From positions 57,821 to 121,820 of IMG/VR virus record IMGVR_UViG_3300028837_000933: a stretch of 64,000 nt of DNA. One strand, 5' to 3'. Origin of the DNA: a virus. Both the position numbers and the translations under genes were made by a program. This document shows, piece after piece, positions 46,806 through 57,054 of the stretch. Every line of letters begins with the position of its first letter. Within the stretch, counting starts at the first letter, position 1. A model generated the notes under the pieces. That model was not told the DNA's origin. It saw only the letters and a list, made by a program, of their open reading frames with translations, and made no database searches.

Positions 46806-48401
46806 GTGATCACGATCTATCAGAGCCGTTCGCTAGGCAAGGATGACGTTTACTGCAAGGTCAGTGTCGCGCTCCGCGACAAGCTCCACGAGTTCAACAC
46901 CGGGAAAACATTCAGTTCGCTCGGCGTGTTTCTCGCCATCGCGCTCCGTACCAATGACTCCGGCTGGTCCTGGCCATCACGCGATAGGATCAAGGGCGAC
47001 ACCGGCTTAGGGAATACGGCGCTCAGTTCAGCCCTGGCCCACTTGAGGAGCGTCCGCCTTGACGGCAAGCGCATCCTGGCTCACTACCGCGTCCGGGAAC
47101 CTGGTAGTCAGCGTTGGGGCAGGAGCGCATACCTCATTTTCCCCGATTCCGCCCATGGCCCCCCGCCATTCGAGCATCTTGTCGAGTTCGACCCCAAACA
47201 GGAAAAGCCCAGTGGGTACATGCTGTTCCTGGCCCATTGTGAGGTTGGCTACCGCCTTGAGCATTGCCAGTTCGCGGATATGAAGCACCGTGTCGGTGCG
47301 CTCAAGAAAGAATACGCCGATTTGCAAATCATGGCCAGCCGGGAGACCGAAAACCCCATCTATGACGTTGGCGTCTGGTTCACACGTTGGACGCCGTATC
47401 GTCTCCAAAGCGCCTACCACGATTTGCCCGATGCCGAGGTCAAGCATTTTACCCAGTGGAGCAAAACCGGTTCCTGGACCGAGGAGGAGCTACCAGCCAG
47501 ATCCGCATATCCAGATGTGGATCAGCCAGATGCGGATCAGCCAGATGTGGCTGATCCAGACCAAGAAGAAGAACCATCTGTAAGTAGAACCAGCTTAGAA
47601 GAAGAAACCCCAAGCGGCGCAGACGCGCCGCCCGAGGAGTCGGCAGAAGAGGAACAGCCGAACGGTTTTCCTGCTGATGGCAGGAGGGCTGTGATCATGA
47701 CCCCCGAGCAAGAGGAAGAGTTCATGGTCCAGACGCGCATCCGCGGCGAGACGAAGATGGACGAACTCACCGATGCCGAAAAAGCCGAGGTCGGCGCACC
47801 TGGCGCGTCCGCGGAGATGCACGTGCCAGCCAGCACGGCCCCGCCATGGCTGAGTATCTACTCCGATGCACTCAAGGGCTACAGCCAACCGTATGGACTG
47901 GTAGCTGTGGACGTGCTCGAGTGGTTACAGGACTTCCGTGAGAAGTTCCAAATCGTTCCACCACGCAAGCGTATCGGTGACGTGCGCGGTTGGCTCAAGG
48001 CAGCCGTTGACTGCATCGTGCCGTTCGGCAACGCCATGGAAGATATGGGCGAAACCTACGACCGCGAGACCGTTATGGCCCACGCACTGTGGGGACTGGA
48101 GGTGTTCTACGCGCGTCGGCGCCACGGGAAGGCGTACCGTTTCAACGTCACCAGCCCCAACAGCCTCAAGCGCACCATGCACGCGCTCGCCGGCGAACTG
48201 GCAGCCATGCAGGATCGCTTCAGTCTGGCCTCCGATGAACTACCGACTAGTGAGCAGGTAGAACAGTTCTACAACGAGCAACAGCCGCCCACGAAGGCTG
48301 GCGGTTTCACGGCCGCCCAGCAGGCCGCCCAAGCGTTACTCCAAAAACGCACCGAGCAGGAACAGGCCCAGGCCGCCGCCGTGGAGACGGCTGGTTTCTG
48401 A
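46806..48401 (+). CDS. Putative replication initiator (N-terminal wHTH)
   Basis: SWPSRDRIKGDTGLG...L..L motif; P(D/A)VDQP repeats; upstream of the loader and DnaB genes. Confidence 0.7.
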   Translation: MITIYQSRSLGKDDVYCKVSVALRDKLHEFNTGKTFSSLGVFLAIALRTNDSGWSWPSRDRIKGDTGLGNTALSSALAHLRSVRLDGKRILAHYRVREPGSQRWGRSAYLIFPDSAHGPPPFEHLVEFDPKQEKPSGYMLFLAHCEVGYRLEHCQFADMKHRVGALKKEYADLQIMASRETENPIYDVGVWFTRWTPYRLQSAYHDLPDAEVKHFTQWSKTGSWTEEELPARSAYPDVDQPDADQPDVADPDQEEEPSVSRTSLEEETPSGADAPPEESAEEEQPNGFPADGRRAVIMTPEQEEEFMVQTRIRGETKMDELTDAEKAEVGAPGASAEMHVPASTAPPWLSIYSDALKGYSQPYGLVAVDVLEWLQDFREKFQIVPPRKRIGDVRGWLKAAVDCIVPFGNAMEDMGETYDRETVMAHALWGLEVFYARRRHGKAYRFNVTSPNSLKRTMHALAGELAAMQDRFSLASDELPTSEQVEQFYNEQQPPTKAGGFTAAQQAAQALLQKRTEQEQAQAAAVETAGF

Positions 48402-48414
48402 GCCAGGGGGAGCC

Positions 48415-48966
48415 ATGGCAACGCTAGAGCAGACCATAGAGGCGCTTACTCTTCTGAGCGCCCAGTTCCCGCACCGCCAGCAGTCAACGGTAGATTGGGA
48501 GAGGATGTTCGAGGCGTACCACGCCGTACTGAGCGACCTAGATCCCAGTTTGCTCCAAGCCGCTACGCTCAAGGTGGGAGCCGAGAGCGAGTGGTTTCCA
48601 TCGGCCAGCCAACTCCGCACCGCCGCCCTGGACATTGTGCAAGAGGCGGACGAGCTTCCAGGTGCCGCAGAGGCTTGGGCGGAGATTCATCAGGAGATCC
48701 GCCGTGTCGGTTCCTGGGGCCAGCCGCAGTTTGCGCACCGCATCGTCCAACAGTCGGTCGATGCCTTGGGGGGCTGGCAAGCTCTCTGTGAGAGCGATTC
48801 TGCGATGGCCGACCGCGCCCACTTCCTCAGAATCTACGCTTCCTTGCTCACAAGAGACCGCACAGACCGCGTCCAGTTGCCGGCTGTGGCTGACTACATC
48901 GCCCAACTGGCAGCGGCGAAGAGTGTCGAACCGAAAAGCATACCAGGGCCGGAGCCAGAAGAATGA
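48415..48966 (+). CDS. Replicative helicase loader/inhibitor-like protein
   Basis: LSDLD...WFPSASQLR...AEAW...V.ALGGW..LC; overlaps dnaB. Confidence 0.7.
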   Translation: MATLEQTIEALTLLSAQFPHRQQSTVDWERMFEAYHAVLSDLDPSLLQAATLKVGAESEWFPSASQLRTAALDIVQEADELPGAAEAWAEIHQEIRRVGSWGQPQFAHRIVQQSVDALGGWQALCESDSAMADRAHFLRIYASLLTRDRTDRVQLPAVADYIAQLAAAKSVEPKSIPGPEPEE

Positions 48967-50318
48967 GTGCGCTCCAAAAGCTACCCCCGCACAACAGAGA
49001 GGCCGAAGAGGCGCTTCTCGGCAGCATCGTGATCGATGCGGATTGCTACATCACCGTGGCCACCGTGGTCAAGCCAGAGGACTTTTACGTTGAAAAGCAC
49101 CGATGGGTCTACGAGGCAATCGCTGAGCTTCACGGCAAGCGGGATGCCATCGACTATCTGACGGTATGCAGCAAGCTAGAGGAACAGGGTCAGCTGGACG
49201 AGGTCGGTGGTCCCGCCTACGTCACCGAACTGATCACGAGGGTTCCCACATCGATCCATGCAGAGACGTACGCCAAGCTGATCGCTACCACGGCCACGCG
49301 TCGACGCTTGATCCAGGCAGCAGGGAAAATTGCGCAAGCGGCCTATGACGAAGAGGGCGAGATTGACGGCGCGATCGATGACTCGGAGGCGGCTCTCTTT
49401 GCCGTGACGCAAGCTCGCGACCGCCGCGCACTGCGTCCCGTCAAGTTCCTGGCCAGCCGATTCTACGACCACCAAGAGTGGTTGGCCAAGCACGCGGGCG
49501 AGCTTCGAGGCATCCCGTCCGGCTTTGGTGACATTGACGCCATCCTGGGCGGTTTCCACCGTAGCGACTTTATCGTAATCGCCGCCCGGCCTGCGGTTGG
49601 CAAGAGTATTCTGTCGCTCAATCTCGCCTGCAACGCGGCTAGATATAACCAGCGCGTTGCGTTTTTCAGTCTGGAGATGAGTGCCGAGCAGACGATGGAG
49701 CGCATCGTAGCAGCAGAGGGTGACTTCGATAGCCGCACGCTCCGCATGGGCAACGTCCCATCCGAGTTGTGGGGACAGCTGATGACGGCCCTGTCCAATG
49801 TCAGCGAGTGGAACCTCTGGATCGATGACACGCCGGCACTGGCTACAAACGAACTCCGGAGTAAAGCACGGCGCTTGCACGCGGAGTATGGACTGGACAT
49901 GATCGTGCTGGACTATCTCCAGCTTATGCGCACCGAACGGCGCGAGAACCGACAGATCGAGGTCACTCTGATCTCCCAAGCGCTCAAGGCGCTTGCCCGC
50001 GAACTGAATATCCCGGTTATCGCAGTCAGCCAGCTGAGCCGTGGTGTTGAAGCCCGCACCGACAAGAGGCCCACGCTGTCCGATCTGCGGGAGTCTGGCA
50101 GCATCGAGCAAGAGGCGGACGTGGTAATGATGATCTACCGTGACGAGATGTACAACGAGAATACAGAACGCCCGAACATCGCGGACGTGATGGTCAGCAA
50201 GCACCGCCACGGGCCGACCGGCATCCTGTCACTGTACATGAACAAGCCACGTTGCCTGTTCCGACAAGCAGAGCTAACGTCAAGTGGTGAGGTTGAGGAA
50301 GAGCCACTACAGTTCTAG
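48963..50318 (+). CDS. dnaB: Replicative DNA helicase DnaB
   Basis: PPHN.EAE, IAARPAVGKS, FFSLEM, VLDYLQL, SQLSR, LSDLRESGSIEQEAD, KHRHGPTG. Confidence 0.96.
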   Translation: MSALQKLPPHNREAEEALLGSIVIDADCYITVATVVKPEDFYVEKHRWVYEAIAELHGKRDAIDYLTVCSKLEEQGQLDEVGGPAYVTELITRVPTSIHAETYAKLIATTATRRRLIQAAGKIAQAAYDEEGEIDGAIDDSEAALFAVTQARDRRALRPVKFLASRFYDHQEWLAKHAGELRGIPSGFGDIDAILGGFHRSDFIVIAARPAVGKSILSLNLACNAARYNQRVAFFSLEMSAEQTMERIVAAEGDFDSRTLRMGNVPSELWGQLMTALSNVSEWNLWIDDTPALATNELRSKARRLHAEYGLDMIVLDYLQLMRTERRENRQIEVTLISQALKALARELNIPVIAVSQLSRGVEARTDKRPTLSDLRESGSIEQEADVVMMIYRDEMYNENTERPNIADVMVSKHRHGPTGILSLYMNKPRCLFRQAELTSSGEVEEEPLQF

Positions 50319-50335
50319 CAAGCGAAGGGAGACCA

Positions 50336-50752
50336 ATGCCAGGAGTAGGAAAACCAAGAGTGCGAAAACCAACCGCCGCGGAAAAGGCGGCCTGGGTGAG
50401 CATGAACCACAACGGAGACAGGGTGTGGAGCGAGTGGAAAGAGAGCTTCACCGCCTTTTTCCTGGATGCTGGCCCGCGTCCGGCCCCTGGTTACGTGTTC
50501 CGAAGACTCGATCCCGATGGCCCATGGACGCCGCGCAACACCAGCTGGCTGCACAAGACCAGCAAAACCAAGTTCGACCGCCATCGCATACTCACGTACA
50601 AAGGCCAGTCCAAACCACTTTCGGCATGGGCGAACGCGGTTGGACTCCCAAGGGCCACGCTCTGGAACCGCATCGTTCGTCATGGTTGGACGGTTGAACG
50701 GGCACTCGAGACGCCAGTCAGAGCATTCGAGAACCGCGAAGGTAGCGGGTAG
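50336..50752 (+). CDS. Degenerate HNH endonuclease-like protein with C-terminal HTH
   Basis: W.ESF.AF..D.GPRP...RLD.DGPWTP.N..W followed by TYKGQ...L..WA...R..GW..ERAL.TP. Confidence 0.65.
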   Translation: MPGVGKPRVRKPTAAEKAAWVSMNHNGDRVWSEWKESFTAFFLDAGPRPAPGYVFRRLDPDGPWTPRNTSWLHKTSKTKFDRHRILTYKGQSKPLSAWANAVGLPRATLWNRIVRHGWTVERALETPVRAFENREGSG

Positions 50753-51210
50753 TGCGAAAACAGCCAGACCCCCGAGCCGAGAGAGGTCGGTTGCTGGCCG
50801 GGCCACTGGCATCACCGCACCACTCTGGACCGGATGGAGTCTACATCGTTGACAGTCCGACAACACCGCTCTAGGTCATCGCCAGCCGGGGCCTAGGCTG
50901 GGAGCACGTCAGCGTGTCGATGGTTGGCCAGTACCGTTGTCCTACCTGGGAGGAGATGTGCTTTGTTCAAAGCCTGTTCTGGCGCGAGGATGAGTGTGTG
51001 ATGCAACTGCACGTGCCGCAGAACGAATGGGTCTCTCACCATCCGTACACGCTGCACCTGTGGAAACCCATCGGCCAGATGATCCCGAGGCCGCCAGCGG
51101 TGATGGTTGGCCTCAAGGGTGTTGAGATCACGGGTGAAGGATTGAAGGCGATGGACGAAAAGATCGCCAAGACGCGGAAGCGCAGACGCAGAAGGCGCAA
51201 ACAGAAATGA
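50752..51210 (+). CDS. Conserved phage protein (WEHVSVS...PTWEEMC...LHLW family), interrupted by an in-frame TAG at 50872-50874
   Basis: Frame continues from GTG 50752 through PL-TAG-VIASRGLGWEHVSVS. Confidence 0.6.
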
Positions 51211-51597
51211 ACGGTGAGAACAAGCGCTACATCACGTACAAAGGTCAGTGCCTATCACTGGGCGAGTGGTCCCGCCGCTCCGGCATATGCCGGACTGCGT
51301 GACTCCCACGCAGCGGAACATCGCGTGCTATCTGATCAATCGCAAGCCTCACGGCGAGACCATCGGCTCGCTACGGTTCGTTCTTGACCAGAACTGCGGC
51401 CATGCCTGGAAAGAGTATCGAGTAGCGCGGGCCATCGCAGGATTGGCCCGAAAGGGTCACGTTTCCGACCAGGATGGAACCTGGAAGATCACCCCCGAGG
51501 GGGAAGAGTATTGGCGCTGGCATACATCGCACAAGCGCACTAAGCACAACGTTCCAAACCGTTCCCATCGGAACGGCAAACCATAAGGAGGGATGCT

Positions 51598-51957
51598 ATG
51601 GACCAGATGAGAGTATCGACAACCGCCGTGGCCAACCCGCACCCGACCAAGGTGCGCAACGCCATCCGTCTCGCAGCCTTGCAGGATGCCGCGAGTGCCG
51701 TCTGCAAGCACTGTGCCAATGCCGCAGATCCTGCGCCCGAGCGAGAGACACGAGCCGCTGTGCCAATCTCCACAGGCGCGTGGACCCACGCCGTCAAGGT
51801 CGACCGCCTATGGATGACTCGCATGTGTGACGCGGCCGACATTCACAGCATCGCCTTGCGCGAGGGCATCGGCAAATACCCCGAGCCGGCGTTGCAGCAG
51901 GACACGTTACGCGAGCAGCTGGCGGCTTTACCGCTGGAGGCCGCGGAAGTCGCGTAG
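51598..51957 (+). CDS. Hypothetical protein
   Basis: RBS AAGGAGG; CKHC...H...C. Confidence 0.65.
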   Translation: MDQMRVSTTAVANPHPTKVRNAIRLAALQDAASAVCKHCANAADPAPERETRAAVPISTGAWTHAVKVDRLWMTRMCDAADIHSIALREGIGKYPEPALQQDTLREQLAALPLEAAEVA

Positions 51958-51969
51958 CAAGGAGGCCCC

Positions 51970-52839
51970 GTGACTGAAGAACCTACGAAGCACACCGTTA
52001 GAAAACTCAAGCTGTGGTCCGTTACGGTCTCTCGGCACGCGTCTCAATCCATCGAGCTGACAATCGTGGATGACGCAGACAAGGCGCCAGAGGCCGTGGC
52101 GGCCACAGTACGGGAGATGATAGGTGAACAGGGCGAAAATGTACAGGACACGTCCTGGCGTTTCGACCAATCGGTCGTGCCTGCTGTAAACGTGAGCAAT
52201 GTAACCCACACGGAAGGCCCCTGGATAGGCGAGCAGTTCGCCATCAGCGTGCCCGGCGAGCGCATGTCATCGATCAAGATCCCGTTTGCGGCTAACATTG
52301 AGACCGCCGCGCTTCTGGCCCCAGGCGTCCGGGATGAGGTGGAAAGGCCCATGCGTCGGTTCTACGTCCATCACCTGGACAACCTAGACGGACGCGGGTG
52401 TCGGTCGCCCATCGGCAAGCTGTACCACAGCACGAGCTTCCACCTAGCGCCTAGGTGGCAGGGCCAAAGCGTATCATGGGCGGATCTCCGCTGGTTCGCG
52501 GTTAGGCTCAAGGCCAGTGAGGCTCTCGGCCCGTCCGTCCTGGTTCGCGCCGCCCAAGCGCTCGATGCGGCAGAGGCGCTCCGTGGTCTCTACGAAGTAG
52601 CCTCTTGTGACAGGGCAAGCCTAGTCCATGGGAACTGGTGTGTGCTCAGCCCTGGCTACACGATGGTCGAGGCGGATATACCGGAAGAACTGAGCGGCCG
52701 GCCCATGACGCGCTTCCTCAACAGCGACCTAGCGATCGAGGCCATCAAGAAACACGTGAACCGCATCGGCTTCTTTCACTTGCTCGACCAGGACAGCGGG
52801 CGCTGGTCGTCTTACCGCGTAGGGCCAGAGCCAGACTGA
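51970..52839 (+). CDS. Hypothetical protein
   Basis: RBS AAGGAGG. Confidence 0.65.
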   Translation: MTEEPTKHTVRKLKLWSVTVSRHASQSIELTIVDDADKAPEAVAATVREMIGEQGENVQDTSWRFDQSVVPAVNVSNVTHTEGPWIGEQFAISVPGERMSSIKIPFAANIETAALLAPGVRDEVERPMRRFYVHHLDNLDGRGCRSPIGKLYHSTSFHLAPRWQGQSVSWADLRWFAVRLKASEALGPSVLVRAAQALDAAEALRGLYEVASCDRASLVHGNWCVLSPGYTMVEADIPEELSGRPMTRFLNSDLAIEAIKKHVNRIGFFHLLDQDSGRWSSYRVGPEPD

Positions 52840-52900
52840 TCAATCGCCCTGTCGGCTGCATCGTTTGACAGATACAATCTATCACAGAAAGGAGAGTATC

Positions 52901-53146
52901 ATGTCAACAGACGACAAGAAACCGGACGATCTGATCAGTGTGTCCATGCTCGAACAGCAAGTGGATGTAGCCTCACGAGTCCGTGACGGCGAGACCGTGC
53001 TGTCCTGGAACGATGAGAACGAGGACTTGTTCTTGTTCTCTGGCGTTGTCAACCTACTCGCGTTCATCCACCAAGAACTGAACCACTGGGGCGTAGTCAC
53101 GCTCAAGGCGGCCCCGCCCGAAGTGGAAAGTGAGGTGGCCGTATGA
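52901..53146 (+). CDS. Small acidic hypothetical protein
   Basis: Promoter motif and RBS upstream. Confidence 0.65.
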   Translation: MSTDDKKPDDLISVSMLEQQVDVASRVRDGETVLSWNDENEDLFLFSGVVNLLAFIHQELNHWGVVTLKAAPPEVESEVAV

Positions 53147-53547
53147 GTCGGTTTCACGACCATCCCGTGTTCGAGGCCAAGGCAGAAGTTCAGCAGCCAG
53201 ACCGCGAGGAGACCAAGGACTATCACCGCTTCTACCAGTTGCACCCCCGCGGCCAAGTACTCGTCAGCGCCGTCACTCTGTCCCACCACGAGCGCCAGCT
53301 TCTTGGCGAACCGTTCTGGGGCAAGGTCTGGCCGGCCCGCGTGCGCATCGTACCCGTCAACAGCCGCGGCAAGGACGGCCCAGTGGAAGTGGAAATGCCG
53401 CCCGAGGCGATGGACAAGCTGGCGGTGGAATGGATACGGCACCGCATCGAGCACGGCGCCATCGATGGGTTCCACAAGGAATCGGACACGGGCGCCGACT
53501 GGATGCTAGAGGCTGCATCGAAGGAGCAAGATGACGGAGACCTATAA
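53143..53547 (+). CDS. Hypothetical protein
   Basis: ATGA overlap. Confidence 0.65.
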   Translation: MSRFHDHPVFEAKAEVQQPDREETKDYHRFYQLHPRGQVLVSAVTLSHHERQLLGEPFWGKVWPARVRIVPVNSRGKDGPVEVEMPPEAMDKLAVEWIRHRIEHGAIDGFHKESDTGADWMLEAASKEQDDGDL

Positions 53548-54085
53548 GACGACGCGCTACGAGAACGTCTTCCTGGCCGAAGGCGTGCCAGACAGCGGCG
53601 TGGGTTGCCGCTGGTATCGGGCCGAGGCTGACGGCAAGAGCTACATGGTTCTCGCCCAGAACATCCTTGTGGCCGGCGACACGCTCCGTGCGAATGGGAT
53701 AGAGCCAACGAGCTTCTTGGCCAAGGCAAGGCTCACCGACATAGCGAGCCTACCCGGCTGCTGGCTCATTCTCGTTGAGCGGAAGGGCAAGGCGGTGTGG
53801 GTGCGCGTCAAGACAGAGCACAACGCGGTCGCCGCCGTTCACAAAGTCCAGGCCCAAGGCCACACAGTTCTCACCGTTGCCGATCCTGGGCTTCTACATG
53901 ACGAGATCCGTTGTCCCCGCTGCATATCGGAGCTGGACTGGTTCCCACGGTTGGTGGCGGAGTTCCGCTGTCGCGCCCAATGCGGCTACAAGTTCTTGCC
54001 GAAGGATCATGGCCTAGATCCGCGCCTAGTGGATCTGGTCAGCCTACCAGTCGTCAGCGAGGATGGAGAACTGGTTATTCCCTAA
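53531..54085 (+). CDS. Hypothetical protein with C-terminal Zn ribbon
   Basis: CPRC...C...C. Confidence 0.65.
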   Translation: MTETYKTTRYENVFLAEGVPDSGVGCRWYRAEADGKSYMVLAQNILVAGDTLRANGIEPTSFLAKARLTDIASLPGCWLILVERKGKAVWVRVKTEHNAVAAVHKVQAQGHTVLTVADPGLLHDEIRCPRCISELDWFPRLVAEFRCRAQCGYKFLPKDHGLDPRLVDLVSLPVVSEDGELVIP

Positions 54086-54110
54086 CGTTCCCAACGGAAC
54101 CGCAAACCAT

Positions 54111-54190
54111 GACCGGGGCCACGCGCCCCGGTCTTTATCGTTTCCGCACAATCGTCCTGCGCGTTCGGTCGTTTGAAAGATACCACAGAA
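54111..54190 (+). repeat. Terminator plus promoter module, duplicated at 59815-59893
   Basis: GACCGGGGCCACGCGCCCCGGTCTTTATCGTTTCCGCACAATCG...CGTTTGA.AGATACCACAGA present twice. Confidence 0.85.
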
Positions 54191-54203
54191 AAGGAGAGGT
54201 CTA

Positions 54204-54866
54204 GTGAGCACAATCCGCTGGCACCGCATGGAACGCGACTCGCTCAGTGACGGCCCAGGCAAACGCGCCGTCCTTTGGCTCGTTGGTTGTGACCGCCATT
54301 GTGACGGTTGCCAGAACCCCGACCTATGGGATGTCGGCCCCTCAACGCAGACCACGCACGCTGACACGCTCGGCATGATACTGTCGCACATGGCCCATGA
54401 TCAAAGCATCACGATCACTGGTGGCGAACCGTTGCAGCAAGTTGCCGCTCTTGGGGAGTTACTGCAATCGTTCCGCGAGATGGGTGACGAGTACGGCCAG
54501 CTGATGCGGACGGTTGTCGTCTACACGGGGTATACCTGGGAAGAGCTTGACAAGACCGACCCCGCTGTACTCGCGGCCCTGTCGGAGATTCACTTTCTGG
54601 TGGACGGCCCGTACATCGCTGAACAAGACGATGATTGGATTCAGTACAGGGGCAGCCGGAACCAACGTGTGATCAACGTGCCGGCGAGTCTGCGCACGGG
54701 CCAAGTTGTCGAGCATCCATCATGGGACGACCCAACGCTCAAGCGTGACAAGGATGGTCTCTGGCACGGTCCCAAGGGCTTGATCCGTGCCCTGTTTCCC
54801 GACCAGTTTTTCGCCCAATCGAAGATGTGCGGTGAACGTTCAACAGATACCACAGAGAGGGAGTGA
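54204..54866 (+). CDS. NrdG-like radical SAM protein
   Basis: DGPG.R..LW..GC...C.GC.NP (CxxxCxxC), ITITGGEP, YTGY, LVDGPY, RGS.NQR. Confidence 0.88.
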   Translation: MSTIRWHRMERDSLSDGPGKRAVLWLVGCDRHCDGCQNPDLWDVGPSTQTTHADTLGMILSHMAHDQSITITGGEPLQQVAALGELLQSFREMGDEYGQLMRTVVVYTGYTWEELDKTDPAVLAALSEIHFLVDGPYIAEQDDDWIQYRGSRNQRVINVPASLRTGQVVEHPSWDDPTLKRDKDGLWHGPKGLIRALFPDQFFAQSKMCGERSTDTTERE

Positions 54867-54871
54867 GAGTC

Positions 54872-55294
54872 ATGGGTAAGCATCTGATGTTCTTGCGACT
54901 ACGGTCAACGTCCAAGAACGACCGCGCGACCGAGCACGTACTCCGCTTGGACGTGAAGGCGGGACGCTACACCGTCCAGTTTTTCAGAGGGCCAAGCTAC
55001 AAGTACTACGATGGCTACGAGAGCAGGATGAAACGCACCGTGCTATGCACGGGCGCTTGCCCTGCATCGGCCAGCCGGTGTTTCGATGACTACGCCCGAA
55101 AGCTGCTCAAGCGCAAGAACTACGATGTGATCGAGAAATACATCACCGAGGGCTGGCAGTCCGTTTCTCTGGCCGATGAAACCACGCAGCAAAAGGTGCA
55201 GGAACACGAACAGAAACAGGCCACGTTGTTCGATATGCTCGGTTCCAAGGGCCAGGCCGAAAGCACGACCCGCGCCCAGATGGTGGACTTTTAG
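54872..55294 (+). CDS. Possible WGR-like domain protein
   Basis: YTVQFFRG...A.R.FD....K..K.K.Y pattern. Confidence 0.45.
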   Translation: MGKHLMFLRLRSTSKNDRATEHVLRLDVKAGRYTVQFFRGPSYKYYDGYESRMKRTVLCTGACPASASRCFDDYARKLLKRKNYDVIEKYITEGWQSVSLADETTQQKVQEHEQKQATLFDMLGSKGQAESTTRAQMVDF

Positions 55295-55302
55295 GAGAGG
55301 CG

Positions 55303-56010
55303 ATGATACACCCAAGAGATCAAGAGTGTCTCGGAACAGGCGATATGCAAGACTACGCCCATGCACTGACCCTGGCGCTTGGGTTCGGCTACAGGGTCAT
55401 TGGCTTATCGGCCAAGAACCGCGCCAACATCGAGACTCCGAACGGGCTGGTGTTTTTCATTCGGGCAGAGGCTGTGGCTGGCAGCAATTGGTTCGAGAGC
55501 ACGAGCGCCTGGATGGAGCACGATCCGGCTGGCAAGTGGGCACTCGGCCCGGTTTGGCCCTTGTCGGATGACGGCTACGAGGGCGACCACTGCGCCACAA
55601 CAGAGGCGAAATGCCAAGAGATCCTGGTTCCGCACTCCAGACCCATGCTCTATGTTGCCAAACAGGTGAAAACCAAGCTGTTACCAGCGCTCGAGCTTGC
55701 CCACCACTGGCGCGTGGAAGGCATCACAGTCTACGATGCCCGCATCGCCGCCCGCAAGGCGCTGATGGACACGGTGGGCAACGCTCTAGGAATCGAACCA
55801 CAGGTCTATTCCGCATCCCTACGCCGAGAAACGAGCTTCGCCTTGCCGGACCGAGCGTACCAGCATCCTAGGGACAACGGAGCCGTGACCTTGCACATGA
55901 GGGTCTACACGATGGACAACCTGTATCTGAATCTGCAAAACCTACCCGTTGAGCTTGCTGTTGAGATAGGCAAGCTGGTCAACGGTTGGCTGGAGACCAA
56001 GGACACCTAG
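55303..56010 (+). CDS. Hypothetical protein
   Basis: RBS AGGAGAGG. Confidence 0.65.
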   Translation: MIHPRDQECLGTGDMQDYAHALTLALGFGYRVIGLSAKNRANIETPNGLVFFIRAEAVAGSNWFESTSAWMEHDPAGKWALGPVWPLSDDGYEGDHCATTEAKCQEILVPHSRPMLYVAKQVKTKLLPALELAHHWRVEGITVYDARIAARKALMDTVGNALGIEPQVYSASLRRETSFALPDRAYQHPRDNGAVTLHMRVYTMDNLYLNLQNLPVELAVEIGKLVNGWLETKDT

Positions 56011-56153
56011 CTGTATGACAGAGTCGGCGCCAACGTTAGCGCCGACTCTGTACCACAGAGCACGGAGGGTACTAGGAGTACCGTGTGCGCCCCGCAGTAT
56101 AGCACAGTCCCGCTCGCAGAGCAAACCACAGGCGCACGAATGGAGGGCTAGAA

Positions 56154-56801
56154 ATGCACGTAGTTGTCGTCAAGTCGGCCTCATTATCCGCCGAACAGTG
56201 CAAGGCGCTGGCTGGCTTTGGGCGCTTGCACTATGAGGCCCAGCACGCAGAGGTTCTTGTCGAGCCGCCGTATCCGCGCCGACCGAACGTTGAGCGCTTG
56301 ATTCTGCTCTTGGCCGACTTGGGCATCCGGGCCTGGGGTTCGTACCGCAAGCTGCCGGAGTACTCGCTGTACGTGCCCGTTGAGCGGCTCGAGTGGAGCG
56401 AGTATCGCCGTGAGCCCTATCTCGGAGGGACGCAGTTGCTCGGGAGCCTAATTGCCGCCAAGCGCACCAACATCATGTGCCGATGGTGCCACGAGGGCTT
56501 GCTCTCAGGCGTCCTCAGCGTTGACAACGTCTCACGCCCGAATCTGTACACGACCATCTTGTATTGTGACGTGTGTCGGCGCAAGGCGCGGTTTCTTGGC
56601 AGTATCCCGCAGGACGAATGGCTTGCCCTGGCAGTCTATGCCGAAAAGGCACCGCGTGTTGAGCGTGGTGAGGAGTACGTCCAGCACGAGTCCTGGCTCA
56701 CCAAAGCCGCCAAGGCCGACTTGCGAGCCATGCCGTTCCAGTACAAGGCGAATCTCGGGCTCGTCAAACGGAAGAAGAAAACGGAGCTGTCCGATGGCTA
56801 A
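56154..56801 (+). CDS. Hypothetical protein with Zn ribbon
   Basis: CRWC...CDVC. Confidence 0.6.
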   Translation: MHVVVVKSASLSAEQCKALAGFGRLHYEAQHAEVLVEPPYPRRPNVERLILLLADLGIRAWGSYRKLPEYSLYVPVERLEWSEYRREPYLGGTQLLGSLIAAKRTNIMCRWCHEGLLSGVLSVDNVSRPNLYTTILYCDVCRRKARFLGSIPQDEWLALAVYAEKAPRVERGEEYVQHESWLTKAAKADLRAMPFQYKANLGLVKRKKKTELSDG

Positions 56802-56821
56802 GCCAACCCGCACGTTGACGC

Positions 56822-56894
56822 CTGTCTCTTATACACATCTCCGAGCCCACGAGACTAGGCATGATCTCGTATGCCGTCTTCTGCTTGAAAAAAA
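56822..56894 (+). other. Illumina Nextera adapter read-through (assembly contaminant)
   Basis: CTGTCTCTTATACACATCT-CCGAGCCCACGAGAC-TAGGCATG (N706 index)-ATCTCGTATGCCGTCTTCTGCTTG then poly-A. Confidence 0.99.
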
Positions 56895-57054
56895 GCTTGA
56901 CCGGCGAGCAAACGCGTTTTGCTGGCCTTAGTCCCTAAGCCGTCATTTTTGCGTTTCGTTAGTCTCCTAATCGTTCACTTACGAATCCTATCGGCACAAT
57001 CGCCGCGCACGGTTCAACGTTCAATAGGTATCACAGAGAAAGGGAGGGAGTCCG

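Noticed and set aside
56822-56840. Tn5/IS50 mosaic end as a real transposon end
   Set aside because: Continues directly into Illumina index and P7 sequence, so it is a library artefact
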